From Longivirga aurantiaca (GTDB lineage: Bacteria; Actinomycetota; Actinomycetes; S36-B12; CAIYMF01): a stretch of DNA of 32,000 bases. The translations under genes and the position numbers were made by a program. Below the pieces are notes generated by a model that worked only from the letters and a program-made list of their open reading frames with translations, ran no database searches and had not been told where the DNA came from. The stretch is taken from NCBI RefSeq assembly GCF_042660085.1, contig NZ_JBHSTI010000008.1:90001-122000 (forward strand), in the 5' to 3' direction. The first letter of the stretch is position 1, and each line of letters starts with the position of its first letter. Positions 23,648 to 32,000 of this stretch are shown here, in pieces.

Positions 23648-24634
23648 ATGCCTCGCCGCGCCGAGTGGAGCAAGGACGCCGTACGCCTGGTCGCGGCGCG
23701 TCAGCTCGGACTCATCACCAGTGCCCAACTGACCAGCCTGTCGGTTCCGCGGTCGACGATCGCGTGGTCCGAGCAGGTGGGCGGAATGTTCAGCTGGGTC
23801 CTTCCGGGGGTCCACAGGTTCGAGGGCTCTGGCCCGCTCACGCGTGATCAGGAGAACCTCGCGTCGCTCCTCTGCGGCGGGTTCGGATCCATGCTGAGCG
23901 GTGCCCGGGCGTTGGAGCTGTACGGCGTACGCGCGGCCAGGCGCCGCTCGTTCGGTGGTGACCAGTGGGCACTGGTTCTGGTGCCCCACGAGCGCAAGCG
24001 TTCGAGCCGCGAGTTCGTGCGCATCGAGCGGACTCTCTGGCTCCCGGAGCCGAGGAGCCTCGGCCTCGTCCTCGCCGCGCCACCTGCTCGTGCAGCGATG
24101 GACGCTGCCCGCGCGTGCACTGTGGAGGACGACGTCCGGGCGCTCATCTTCGAGGTGGTGCAGCGGGGGATCACGACGCCCGAGGCGCTATCAGACGAGC
24201 GGATCCGCGGCCAGATCCGCGGATCTCGTTTCGCCCGCCTCGCGCTCGAGGAGGTGTTCGCCGGCGTGCGCTCCGTCCCGGAGGGCGACGTACGGCGGAT
24301 CTTCGAATCCCGCGGCGTGACCGGGCTGCTCTACAACCCGATGCTCTACCTGCCCGACGGCAGCTTCCTCTGCTCGCCCGATGCCTACGACCCGCTCACC
24401 GGCACCGCGCTCGAGGTCGACAGCCGCGAGCATCACTTCTCGGTCCAGAGCTGGGAGGCCACGATGCTGCGCCACGGCCGCATGACCGCTGCCGGGCTCG
24501 GAGTCCTGCACTCGCCGCCGAGCCGCATCACGCGGCAACCGGACGACGTCGTCGACGAGTTCTGCCGTACGCAGTCGTCGCGTCTCGGCTGGGTGCCGAC
24601 CGTTGTCGTGCGACCCTCGTCGCCCGCCGCGTGA
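23648..24634 (+). CDS. AbiEi-antitoxin-like N-terminal domain / DUF559-like (Vsr-type endonuclease fold) C-terminal domain protein
   Basis: ATG 23648 (alternative GTG 23633). The N-terminal LVAARQLGLITSAQLTSLSVPRSTIAWSEQVGGMFSWVLPGVHRF matches the AbiEi_4-type winged-helix pattern. The C-terminal PDAYDPLTGTALEVDSREHH...MLRHGRMTAAGLGVLH resembles DUF559. No AbiEii-type partner is adjacent. Confidence 0.6.
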   Translation: MPRRAEWSKDAVRLVAARQLGLITSAQLTSLSVPRSTIAWSEQVGGMFSWVLPGVHRFEGSGPLTRDQENLASLLCGGFGSMLSGARALELYGVRAARRRSFGGDQWALVLVPHERKRSSREFVRIERTLWLPEPRSLGLVLAAPPARAAMDAARACTVEDDVRALIFEVVQRGITTPEALSDERIRGQIRGSRFARLALEEVFAGVRSVPEGDVRRIFESRGVTGLLYNPMLYLPDGSFLCSPDAYDPLTGTALEVDSREHHFSVQSWEATMLRHGRMTAAGLGVLHSPPSRITRQPDDVVDEFCRTQSSRLGWVPTVVVRPSSPAA

Positions 24635-24638
24635 CGGC

Positions 24639-25085
24639 CTAGCGCGTACGGCGAGGCAGCGGGAACCGGTCGGGGTCGACGTCGAACCGCTGGCGCGCCG
24701 TCAGCGTCGAGACGACCAGGTCGTACGAGTCCTCGACGAGCTCGCGCAGGACGTCGTCGGGCACCGATCCGTCGAGCGTGACGGAGATCCAGTGCCGCTT
24801 GTTCATGTGGTAGCCGGGCTCGATCGCCGGATGCTCAGCGATCAGCGTGGGCCCGACCTCGGGTTCGACCTTGAGCGTGACGATGCCGGGGTCGCCCCAC
24901 AGGCCGATCATCGCGAAGAGCTTGCCGCCGGCGTGGCGCCCGGTGCCGACGTCGGTCGCTGTGGCGATACCGACCTTGTACACGTTCACGTCGTCGCCGA
25001 ACGGGTGGGTCAGCGTGGCGCCGGGCAGCTCGAGCGGCATCGCGAGCGCCCTCGTCCGCTGATCCGTCGTACGCCGTCGAGCCAT
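24639..25085 (-). CDS. MmcQ/YjbR family DNA-binding protein
   Basis: 148 aa. PFGDDVNVYKVG...KLFAMIG...VTLKVEPE...GYHMNKRHWISVTLDGSVPDDVLRELVEDSYDLV is the characteristic YjbR pattern. Confidence 0.8.
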   Translation of the reverse strand: MARRRTTDQRTRALAMPLELPGATLTHPFGDDVNVYKVGIATATDVGTGRHAGGKLFAMIGLWGDPGIVTLKVEPEVGPTLIAEHPAIEPGYHMNKRHWISVTLDGSVPDDVLRELVEDSYDLVVSTLTARQRFDVDPDRFPLPRRTR

Positions 25086-25131
25086 GGCACGACTGTACGG
25101 ACGCCCGAGGACAACGGCCGCGGCGCTGGAC

Positions 25132-25232
25132 GTGGTTGCCGGGATTGTTCGGCTCTATTGGATGAAGTCCCCTACCGGGCGAGGCCTCCGGCCATCGTCG
25201 CCCGGCGGGGGCCCATCCCTTCATCGCAAACG
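25132..25232 (-). repeat. Intergenic repeat family, copy C (long form with internal GC-rich hairpin)
   Basis: The minus strand reads CGTTTGCGATGAAGG-[GATGGGCCCCCGCCGGGCGACGATGGCCGGAGGCCTCGCCCGGTAGGGGA]-CTTCATCCAATAGAGCCGAACAATCCC. These are the same 5' and 3' boxes as copies A and B, with a roughly 50-nt hairpin replacing the CGA(C) loop. Confidence 0.85.
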
Positions 25233-25240
25233 ATCGAGGG

Positions 25241-26104
25241 CTATTCGGGGTCGGCGGGATGGGGGGCGAAGGGGAGGAGGGCGGCGGCGCGCTCGGCGGG
25301 GGTGCGCTGGCGGGCGGCGACCTTGCGCGCGGCGGTGAGGGCGGCCATGCGCGCCTCGCAGTGCGCCTCGAGGACGTCGTACGCCGGCTGGCCCATGAGC
25401 TCGATCAGCGTGCCCCGCTCGGTGACGTAGACCGGCTCGGGCGCGACATGCGCCTCGGTCGAGCCGCTGCAGTACCAGTCGAGGTCGTGGCCGCCCGGGC
25501 CCCAGCCGCGACGGTCGTACTCGAAGATCTGCACGAGCAGGATCTGCGTGCCGTCGGTGCGCTCGACGTGCTGGAAGGTGCGGCGTACCGGCAGCTGCCA
25601 GCACACGTCGGGCTTCACCTCGAGCGGCTGCTTCCCGATGCGCAGGGCGAGGCTGTGCAGCGAGCACCCCTCGCCACCCTCGAAGCCCTTGCGGTTGAGG
25701 AACACGCACGCGCCGTCGACCACGCGCGTCTTGCGCTGGCCGTCCTCGTCCCTCTCGACGACGCCCTTCTTGCGGCCGGTCTTCTCGTACTGCCACGTCT
25801 CGGGCGTGAGCATCGCGGCGTACTTCTTCATGCGCTTCTCGTCGTCCTTGTCCGAGAAGTGCGCGCCGAGGACGCAGCAGCCGTCGTCCGGCTTGGTCGC
25901 GTCGATGCCGTGGCAGCCGCTGCCGTAGATGCACGTCCATCGGCTCGTGAGCCAGGTGAGGTCGCAGCGGTAGACGGTGGTGCCGTCGGCGTCCGCCGGG
26001 TCGGGGAACTCGATCCACGCGCGTGGGAAGTCCAGCGGCACCTCGTCGCCGCGTCCGATGACGACGTCGACCGGACCGCTCTTCTTCTTGCCTCCACCAG
26101 CCAC
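25241..26104 (-). CDS. DUF3027 domain-containing protein (Cys-rich, actinobacteria-specific)
   Basis: 287 aa with a GTG start. Cys-rich motifs are [52 protein letters not shown] and [11 protein letters not shown], as I remember them for DUF3027. Confidence 0.75.
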   Translation of the reverse strand: MAGGGKKKSGPVDVVIGRGDEVPLDFPRAWIEFPDPADADGTTVYRCDLTWLTSRWTCIYGSGCHGIDATKPDDGCCVLGAHFSDKDDEKRMKKYAAMLTPETWQYEKTGRKKGVVERDEDGQRKTRVVDGACVFLNRKGFEGGEGCSLHSLALRIGKQPLEVKPDVCWQLPVRRTFQHVERTDGTQILLVQIFEYDRRGWGPGGHDLDWYCSGSTEAHVAPEPVYVTERGTLIELMGQPAYDVLEAHCEARMAALTAARKVAARQRTPAERAAALLPFAPHPADPE

Positions 26105-26282
26105 GCCGCAACCCTAGGCCGTGGCCGCGGACCGCACGTGCCTGGGCGCCGTTCCGACGCCGCGACGAGACGTACGCCGGGGCCTCGCCCTCGCGCCGTA
26201 CGCCGACCCAGGGCGGCACGGTTGGCGCAACGCCACGGCCGCTGTACGCGGCCCCCTGGCTGGCCGGCCGGGGCTATGCAGG

Positions 26283-26375
26283 CCGGGTTCTTGCGCTCTG
26301 AGCAGCGAAGTCCCCTCCCGGGCGAGGGCTTCGCCCATCGTCGCCCGGTGGGGGCCCATCCCTTCATCGCACACG
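26283..26375 (-). repeat. Intergenic repeat family, copy D (long form, degenerate 3' box)
   Basis: The minus strand reads CGTGTGCGATGAAGG-[GATGGGCCCCCACCGGGCGACGATGGGCGAAGCCCTCGCCCGGGAGGGGA]-CTTCGCTGCTCAGAGCGCAAGAACCC. The 5' box and hairpin are clearly homologous to copy C, while the 3' box is diverged. Confidence 0.8.
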
Positions 26376-26458
26376 GGAATCGTCCGCGAGGGGTGAACAA
26401 TCGGTGCGATTGCGCGGGGCGTGTCCCCGCCCAGGCGTGCGCCGCCTAGGCTCGGGCC

Positions 26459-27388
26459 GTGCGCCTCGGAGTCCTCGACGTCGGTTCGAACACCGTCCAC
26501 CTCCTGGTGGTGGACGCGCACCACGGTGCTGCCCCGCTGCCGGCGCACTCGCACAAGGTCGAGCTCCGGCTCGCCGAGCTCATCGACCCCGACGAGCGCA
26601 TCACCGACGCAGGCGTCGACCGGCTCGTCGAGTTCGTCCGCTCGGCGCAGGAGGTGGCCGAGGACCTCGGCGTCACCCAGATGCACGCCTTCGCCACCTC
26701 GGCGATCCGCGAGGCGACGAACGGCGAGGACGTCCTGCGACTCGTCCTCGAGCGCACCGGCGTCGACCTGCAGGTGCTGTCCGGTGCCGACGAGGCCCGG
26801 CTCACCTTCCTCGCCGTGCGCCGGTGGTTCGGCTGGTCGTCCGGCCGCCTGCTCGTGCTCGACATCGGCGGCGGCTCGCTCGAGATCGCGCTGGGTTCCG
26901 ACGAGACCCCCGACGTCGCCGTCTCGCTGCCGCTGGGCGCCGGCCGTCTCACCCGGGCCTACCTCGCGCACGACCCCGCCCGGCCCGAGGAGATCAAGGC
27001 CCTGCGCAGGCACACGCGCGCGACGATCGCCGAGGTCACGGGCACGCTCGCCCGCGCCGGCGAGCCGCGCCACGTCGTCGCCACGAGCAAGACCTTCCGG
27101 TCGCTCGCCCGGATCATGGGGTCGGCGCCGTCCAGCGAGGGCCCGTTCGTGCAGCGGCTGCTCGCGCGCGACGACCTGCGCACCTGGGTCCCCAAGCTGG
27201 CGTCGATGACGGCCAGGGAACGCGCCGCACTGCACGGGGTCAGCCCTGGCCGCGCCCCGCAGCTCCTGGCCGGCGCGCTGGTCGCGGAGTCGGCGATGGA
27301 CCTCCTCGGGCTCGATGCGCTCGAGATCGGTCCGTGGGCCCTGCGCGAGGGCATCATCCTCGAGCTGCTCGACGGGCTCGACCGGTGA
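26459..27388 (+). CDS. ppx: Ppx/GppA family phosphatase (exopolyphosphatase-like)
   Basis: 309 aa. The N-terminal ASKHA phosphate-1 motif is [15 protein letters not shown], followed by [16 protein letters not shown] and [12 protein letters not shown]. Confidence 0.88.
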   Translation: MRLGVLDVGSNTVHLLVVDAHHGAAPLPAHSHKVELRLAELIDPDERITDAGVDRLVEFVRSAQEVAEDLGVTQMHAFATSAIREATNGEDVLRLVLERTGVDLQVLSGADEARLTFLAVRRWFGWSSGRLLVLDIGGGSLEIALGSDETPDVAVSLPLGAGRLTRAYLAHDPARPEEIKALRRHTRATIAEVTGTLARAGEPRHVVATSKTFRSLARIMGSAPSSEGPFVQRLLARDDLRTWVPKLASMTARERAALHGVSPGRAPQLLAGALVAESAMDLLGLDALEIGPWALREGIILELLDGLDR

Positions 27389-27476
27389 CGCAGCCGTCCG
27401 TCGCACCGTCGTACGTCGACGGCGCCGCCACCGGTGCCGCGACGACGGCGACCGATGGCGCGCAGCGGGCCGCGGG

Positions 27477-29849
27477 ATGACGGCGCCGACCCGCGAGGTG
27501 GTCGACCCCGCTCGCGGGCTCTCCGCGGCAGAGGTCGCGGAGCGCGTGGCGACCGGCCGCGTCAACGCCGTCAAGGACCGCAACGCGCGCAGCCTCGGCG
27601 ACATCGTCCGCGCCAACACGTTCACGTACTTCAACGCGCTCATCGGGTTCTTCTGGGTCCTGATGCTCGTGAGCGCGCCGCTCATCGACTCGCTGTTCGG
27701 CCTCGTGATCGTGGTCAACACCGCGATCGGCATCATCCAGGAGTACCGCGCGGCCCGGACCCTCGCGAAGCTTTCCCTCGTCGGCCTGCAGCAGCCGACC
27801 GTGCGGCGCGACGGCGTCGATGCCGAGATCGCCACGCACGACCTCGTGCTCGACGACGTGATCCTGCTACGCACGGGCGACCAGATGCTCGTCGACTCCG
27901 TGGTTCTGGAGTCCAACGGCCTCGAGCTCGACGAGTCCCTGCTCACCGGCGAGGCCGACCCGGTCGCGAAGGAGATCGGCGACGACGTGCTGTCGGGCTC
28001 GTTCGTCGTCGCGGGCTCCGGGGTGGTGCGTGCGACGCGCGTCGGCCACGACTCCTACGCGTCGAAGATCGCCGACGAGGCGAGCAAGTTCTCGGTCACG
28101 CGGTCCGAGCTGCGCTACTCGATCCAGCGCTTCATCAAGGTCGTGTCCTGGTTCCTGGTGCCCGTCGGGTTCTTCCTCTTCATCTCGCAGTACCGCGCGA
28201 ACGACGGCGACATCCGCGCCTCGATCGCGGGAACGGTGCCCGGCGTCATCACGATGGTGCCCGAGGGCCTGGTGCTGCTGACGAGCGTCGCGATGGCCGT
28301 CTCGGTCATCCGGCTCGCGCAGAAGAAGGCGCTCGTCCAGGACATGCCCGCCGTCGAGGTGCTCGCCCGGGTCGACGTCGTCTGCGTCGACAAGACCGGC
28401 ACGCTCACCGAGCCCGGCATGGCCGTGCAGCAGGTGGTCACGATCGACGACTCGCTGCCCGTCGCCGACGCCCTCGGCGCGCTCGGTGCCAGCGAGCCCG
28501 AGCCCAACCAGACCCTCGTCGCGATCGCGGCGAAGTACCCGGCCACCGAGGGCTGGACGGTCACCGCCACCGTGCCGTTCTCCAGCTCGCGCAAGTGGTC
28601 GTCGGCGACGTTCGGCGACCGCGGAGCCTGGGTGCTCGGCGCCCCCGAGATGCTGCTGCCCGACGGCGACCCGGTACGCACGCAGGCCGACGGCCTCGCC
28701 CAGGGGGGAGCGCGCGTCCTCGTCCTCGCGTCCTCGGCCGGCGAGCCCAGCTCGGACGACGGTGCCGGCGACCTGTCTCCCGCGGCGCTCGTCGTCATCA
28801 ACCAGACGCTGCGCTCGGACGCCGCCGAGACGGTCGCGTACTTCCTCGAGCAGAACGTGAAGATGAAGGTGATCAGCGGCGACAACGCCGTCACCGTCGG
28901 GGCGATCGCCGCGCAGGCCGGCGTCCCGGGCGCCGACACCCCCGTCGACGCCCGCGACCTTCCGGACGACCAGGAGTCGCTCGCCGAGATCCTCGAGACC
29001 CACAGCGTCTTCGGCCGGGTCACGCCGGCGCAGAAGCGCGCGATGGTCGGCGCCCTGCAGAGCCGCGGCCACGTCGTCGCGATGACCGGCGACGGGGTCA
29101 ACGACTGCCTCGCGCTCAAGGACGCCGACCTCGGCATCGCCATGGGCTCCGGTGCCGGCGCAACCCGCGCGGTGGCGCAGATCGTGCTGCTCGACGACCG
29201 CTTCGCCGTCATGCCGTCGGTCGTGGCCGAGGGCCGCCGGGTGCTCGGCAACGTGGAGCGCGTCGCCCAGCTGTTCCTGTCCAAGAGCTTCTACGCGATG
29301 GTCGTCTCGCTCGCGACGATCCTGCTGACGCTGCCGTTCCCGTTCCTCAACAGGCACCTCACCATCGTCACGGCGCTCACCATCGGCGTCCCGGCGTTCT
29401 TCCTGGCGCTGCTCCCGAACACCGAGCGCTTCCGCCCGGGGTTCTTCGGGCGCGTGCTCGTGTTCGCCATCCCGTGCGGCCTCGTGTGCGCGCTGTCGGC
29501 GTACGCCACCTACGGCTACGTCCTCAACGTCAACGACGGCGACGTCGACACCGCGCGCACCGCGGCCGTCACCACCCTGTTCATCGTGGCGTGGTGGATC
29601 CTCATGCAGGTCGCCAAGCCATGGGACGCGATCCGCCTCGGCATCTGCGGCGCGATGCTCATCGGCTTCGTCGGCGTCCTCTACATCCCCTGGCTCTCGA
29701 ACCTTTTCCAGATGTCGTGGGCGCCCGACCACGACGGCCTCGCCGCCCTCGCGATCGGCATCGTCGGAGCCACGATCGTGAGCCTGCTGCACGCCTTCGT
29801 GATCAGGGGTCGGCAGGCTGCGGGTGGAGACCTGGCGCCCGCCGGGTGA
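27477..29849 (+). CDS. Cation-translocating P-type ATPase (P2-like, CtpE-like size and architecture)
   Basis: ATG 27477 lies within ORF 27315..29849. Motifs are TGEADPV (actuator TGE), MVPEGL (TM4 PEGL), [10 protein letters not shown] (phosphorylation site) and [22 protein letters not shown] (hinge). Length is 790 aa. Ion specificity cannot be read from the sequence alone. Confidence 0.9.
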   Translation: MTAPTREVVDPARGLSAAEVAERVATGRVNAVKDRNARSLGDIVRANTFTYFNALIGFFWVLMLVSAPLIDSLFGLVIVVNTAIGIIQEYRAARTLAKLSLVGLQQPTVRRDGVDAEIATHDLVLDDVILLRTGDQMLVDSVVLESNGLELDESLLTGEADPVAKEIGDDVLSGSFVVAGSGVVRATRVGHDSYASKIADEASKFSVTRSELRYSIQRFIKVVSWFLVPVGFFLFISQYRANDGDIRASIAGTVPGVITMVPEGLVLLTSVAMAVSVIRLAQKKALVQDMPAVEVLARVDVVCVDKTGTLTEPGMAVQQVVTIDDSLPVADALGALGASEPEPNQTLVAIAAKYPATEGWTVTATVPFSSSRKWSSATFGDRGAWVLGAPEMLLPDGDPVRTQADGLAQGGARVLVLASSAGEPSSDDGAGDLSPAALVVINQTLRSDAAETVAYFLEQNVKMKVISGDNAVTVGAIAAQAGVPGADTPVDARDLPDDQESLAEILETHSVFGRVTPAQKRAMVGALQSRGHVVAMTGDGVNDCLALKDADLGIAMGSGAGATRAVAQIVLLDDRFAVMPSVVAEGRRVLGNVERVAQLFLSKSFYAMVVSLATILLTLPFPFLNRHLTIVTALTIGVPAFFLALLPNTERFRPGFFGRVLVFAIPCGLVCALSAYATYGYVLNVNDGDVDTARTAAVTTLFIVAWWILMQVAKPWDAIRLGICGAMLIGFVGVLYIPWLSNLFQMSWAPDHDGLAALAIGIVGATIVSLLHAFVIRGRQAAGGDLAPAG

Positions 29850-29859
29850 GGATGGGCAC

Positions 29860-30702
29860 GTGAGCGCTGCGCAGCCTCGGACCCCCGTGGTCACCCTGTC
29901 GACCGCGTCGACGTACCCCGAGTCGACCGCGGCCGCCTTCGAGATGGCCGCGCGCCTCGGCTACGACGGCCTCGAGGTCATGGTGCTCACCGACGCCGTG
30001 AGCCAGGACGCCAACGCGCTGCTGCGCCTGCGCGACCACTACGGCATCGCGATCACGTCGATCCACGCGCCCTGCCTGCTCGTCAGCCAGCGGGTCTGGG
30101 GCACCGAGCCGTGGCCGAAGCTGCAGCGGGCCCAGGCCGCCGCGGAGCTGCTGGGGGCCGAGACGGTGGTGGTGCACCCGCCGTTCCGCTGGCAGCGCGA
30201 CTACGCGCGCGACTTCGTGGCCGGCATCGAGTCGATGCAGAGCGAGACCGACGTCCGCTTCGCGGTCGAGAACATGTACCCCTGGAAGGCGGCGAGCCGG
30301 GAGTTCATGGCCTACCTGCCCGACTGGGACGTCCGCAACGACGACTACCTGCACACCACGCTCGACCTCTCGCACACCTCGGTGTCGCAGAGCGACGCGC
30401 TGGAGATGGCCGACGACCTCGGCGAGCGTCTCGTGCACCTGCACCTCGCCGACGGCTCGGGCTCGACCCGCGACGAGCACCTCGTGCCCGGGCGCGGCAA
30501 CCAGCCCTGCGGCGAGGTGCTGCGCGGTCTCGCCGAGCGCGGGTTCGACGGCCAGGTGGTCGTCGAGATCAGCACGCGCAAGGCGACGACCCGGGAGCAG
30601 CGCGAGATCGACCTGGCCGAGTCGCTCGCCTTCGCCCGGCACCATCTGTCGGGCGTCGCGGAGGATTTCGTGCCCGCCGTGGCCCGGGAGGTGCTGCCAT
30701 GA
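29860..30702 (+). CDS. Sugar phosphate isomerase/epimerase family protein (xylose-isomerase-like TIM barrel)
   Basis: GTG 29860 has GAGGA 7 nt upstream (alternative GTG 29824 overlaps the ATPase). [29 protein letters not shown] and LHLADGSG are typical of AP_endonuc_2/TIM-barrel proteins. Confidence 0.75.
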   Translation: MSAAQPRTPVVTLSTASTYPESTAAAFEMAARLGYDGLEVMVLTDAVSQDANALLRLRDHYGIAITSIHAPCLLVSQRVWGTEPWPKLQRAQAAAELLGAETVVVHPPFRWQRDYARDFVAGIESMQSETDVRFAVENMYPWKAASREFMAYLPDWDVRNDDYLHTTLDLSHTSVSQSDALEMADDLGERLVHLHLADGSGSTRDEHLVPGRGNQPCGEVLRGLAERGFDGQVVVEISTRKATTREQREIDLAESLAFARHHLSGVAEDFVPAVAREVLP

Positions 30703-31295
30703 GCTCGTCCGACGACGTCTCCAAGATCCTGCTCGACGCTGCTCGCGCCGCGTACGACAAGCGCGGCTACCTCGGCACCACCATCAAGGGGGTGGCCGCC
30801 GCGGCAGGCGTGGCCCCCGATGTCGCGATGCGCTACTACCGCAACCGCGAGCAGCTGTTCGCCGCTGCGATGCGGCTGCCGTTCGACCCGTCGACGTCGA
30901 TCGCGCAGCTGCTCGCGCCCGGGATCGACGGGCTCGGCGAGCGCCTCGTCCGCATCACGCTGCGCATGCTGGACGACCCCGAGACGCGCGACCAGCTCGC
31001 CGAGATGGTGCGCGCGGGCGCGGGCGCCTCGAAGGCCACGGCGTCCCTGCGCGAGTACCTCGAGAGCGCCGTCGTCGACCGTGTCGTCACGGTGCTCGGC
31101 GTCCCGGACGCGCGGATGCGCGTGTCGCTCGCTACGTCGTACCTCCTCGGGATCGCGAGCATGCGCTACGTCCTGAGGATCGAGCCGCTCGCCTCCGCGA
31201 CGGAGGACGAGATCGTCGCCCTCGTCGCGCCGGCCGTGCAGGCGGCGCTCACGACCCCGACCGAGCCGACGAAGGCGCAGTCGTCCGGGCGCTGA
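30699..31295 (+). CDS. TetR/AcrR family transcriptional regulator
   Basis: ATG 30699 overlaps the upstream stop (ATGA). The N-terminal HTH is [45 protein letters not shown]. Length is 198 aa. Confidence 0.82.
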   Translation: MSSSDDVSKILLDAARAAYDKRGYLGTTIKGVAAAAGVAPDVAMRYYRNREQLFAAAMRLPFDPSTSIAQLLAPGIDGLGERLVRITLRMLDDPETRDQLAEMVRAGAGASKATASLREYLESAVVDRVVTVLGVPDARMRVSLATSYLLGIASMRYVLRIEPLASATEDEIVALVAPAVQAALTTPTEPTKAQSSGR

Positions 31296-31367
31296 CCCGT
31301 GCGACGCGTGGCGGCCGCGTGGCGCGTGCGGCAAGGTGGGCCTGTGGCCACGAGGCCAGCGCATCCG

Positions 31368-31889
31368 ATGCCTGAGGGGTACGTCGTGAACAAGGGAATG
31401 CTCGCTGTCCTGAACGAGTCCGAGCGTCTGCTGGTCCTCGAGACCGAGAAGGCCGAGCTCGCGAAGCTCGACGAGGACGGCCTCGTCGCGCTGCACGACC
31501 GCATCCGTCGCGCCCGCAACAAGTACACGGGCCAGTACCGCCGCGGCGGCGCGAGCAAGGTGCCCGCCAAGGGCGGTCGCGGCAAGGCCAGCCAGCAGAA
31601 CTCCGCCGCCCGGGCCAAGGCCGAGGCCTTCGAGGTCGCCCTCGCGAACGTGAGCACGGCGCTCGCCGCCGCAGCGCGCCGTACCGCGGCCGAGCTCAAG
31701 GCGGAGCGGATCGCGGCAGCCCGCGGTGAGGGCGCCCCCGCGGTCGCCAAGGCTCCGGCGACCGGGCGCAAGGCAGCAGCGAGCCCCGCGACGAAGCGCA
31801 CCCGCAGCGACTCCTCGGCAGTTGCGAAGAAGAACGCCTCGACCCTCGCGGCCGGCGCGCGTCGTCAGGCCAAGCGCGACAGCCGCTGA
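31368..31889 (+). CDS. Hypothetical Ala/Lys/Arg-rich protein (basic, low-complexity C-terminus)
   Basis: ORF 31299..31889. The start is uncertain, with candidates at ATG 31368 and later in-frame GTG/ATG codons within the next 30 nt. GC3 is high. The coiled-coil-like N-terminus is LNESERLLVLETEKAELAKLDEDGLVALHDRIRRARNKY, followed by a basic A/K/R-rich tail. I recognise no family. Confidence 0.45.
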   Translation: MPEGYVVNKGMLAVLNESERLLVLETEKAELAKLDEDGLVALHDRIRRARNKYTGQYRRGGASKVPAKGGRGKASQQNSAARAKAEAFEVALANVSTALAAAARRTAAELKAERIAAARGEGAPAVAKAPATGRKAAASPATKRTRSDSSAVAKKNASTLAAGARRQAKRDSR

Positions 31890-31940
31890 CCGCTCACGGC
31901 ATCCAGGCCCCCGGCCGCCGACCGGGGTCGATCACCACGG

Positions 31941-31987
31941 CGTCGGCCGCCCTGCTCCGAGTAGCCTGACGGAGAGGGCGGCCGACG
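31941..31987 (+). terminator. Strong hairpin about 50 nt downstream of the last CDS
   Basis: CGTCGGCCGCCCT-g-CTCCG-agtagcctga-CGGAG-AGGGCGGCCGACG gives 18 bp in total with one bulged G and a 10-nt loop. No U-tract is visible before the window ends. Confidence 0.35.
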
Positions 31988-32000
31988 TCGGTCGCAGGTG

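Noticed and set aside
23473-23673. The 5' extension of radA (567-aa version starting at 23673).
   Set aside because: It runs through repeat copy B and the G-run tract. RadA proteins begin with the zinc-ribbon MAK...C-x2-C sequence found at ATG 23472.
26105-26282. Direct repeat CGTACGCCG x2 (about 26171 and 26197) and other short GC-rich repeats in the long DUF3027/ppx intergenic region.
   Set aside because: These are short, GC-rich and expected by chance at this base composition. No extended structure or similarity to the repeat family was seen outside 26283-26375.

Overview
High-GC actinobacterial chromosomal segment (roughly 70-75% GC by eye). It is densely coding: I call 29 CDS and see no rRNA, tRNA, CRISPR array, transposase or integrase. 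The backbone is the conserved actinobacterial housekeeping block coaX-lysS ... lsr2 ... clpC1 ... mutY ... disA-radA, the same neighbours as the M. tuberculosis Rv3600c-Rv3585 region as I recall it. After radA come an AbiEi/DUF559-like gene, a YjbR-like gene, DUF3027, ppx, a P2-type cation ATPase, a sugar-phosphate-isomerase-like gene, a TetR regulator and an Ala/Lys/Arg-rich hypothetical. Several genes sit between the backbone genes: argA-like GNAT, gpx and ppc; a GNAT plus a membrane-embedded spermidine-synthase-like protein; a DUF2029/GT87-like membrane protein plus a GyrI-like protein. Four observations deserve a second look. (1) An 84-aa ORF has serine at every third residue for 23 consecutive triplets and is partly built from 27-nt tandem repeats. 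(2) Directly downstream of it is an orphan cheB-cheR-cheW cluster with no CheA, CheY or MCP in the window, and the CheB receiver domain lacks most phosphorylation-pocket residues. (3) An unannotated modular intergenic repeat family has four copies in 14 kb, in a short 8-3-8 palindrome form and a long form carrying a roughly 50-nt GC-rich hairpin. All four copies are co-oriented with the next downstream gene, and the two long copies differ by one compensatory base-pair change. (4) Two G-quadruplex-type G-run tracts are present, one covering the radA translation-initiation region. All functional calls rest on my recognition of motifs in the translated ORFs. No database search was run.
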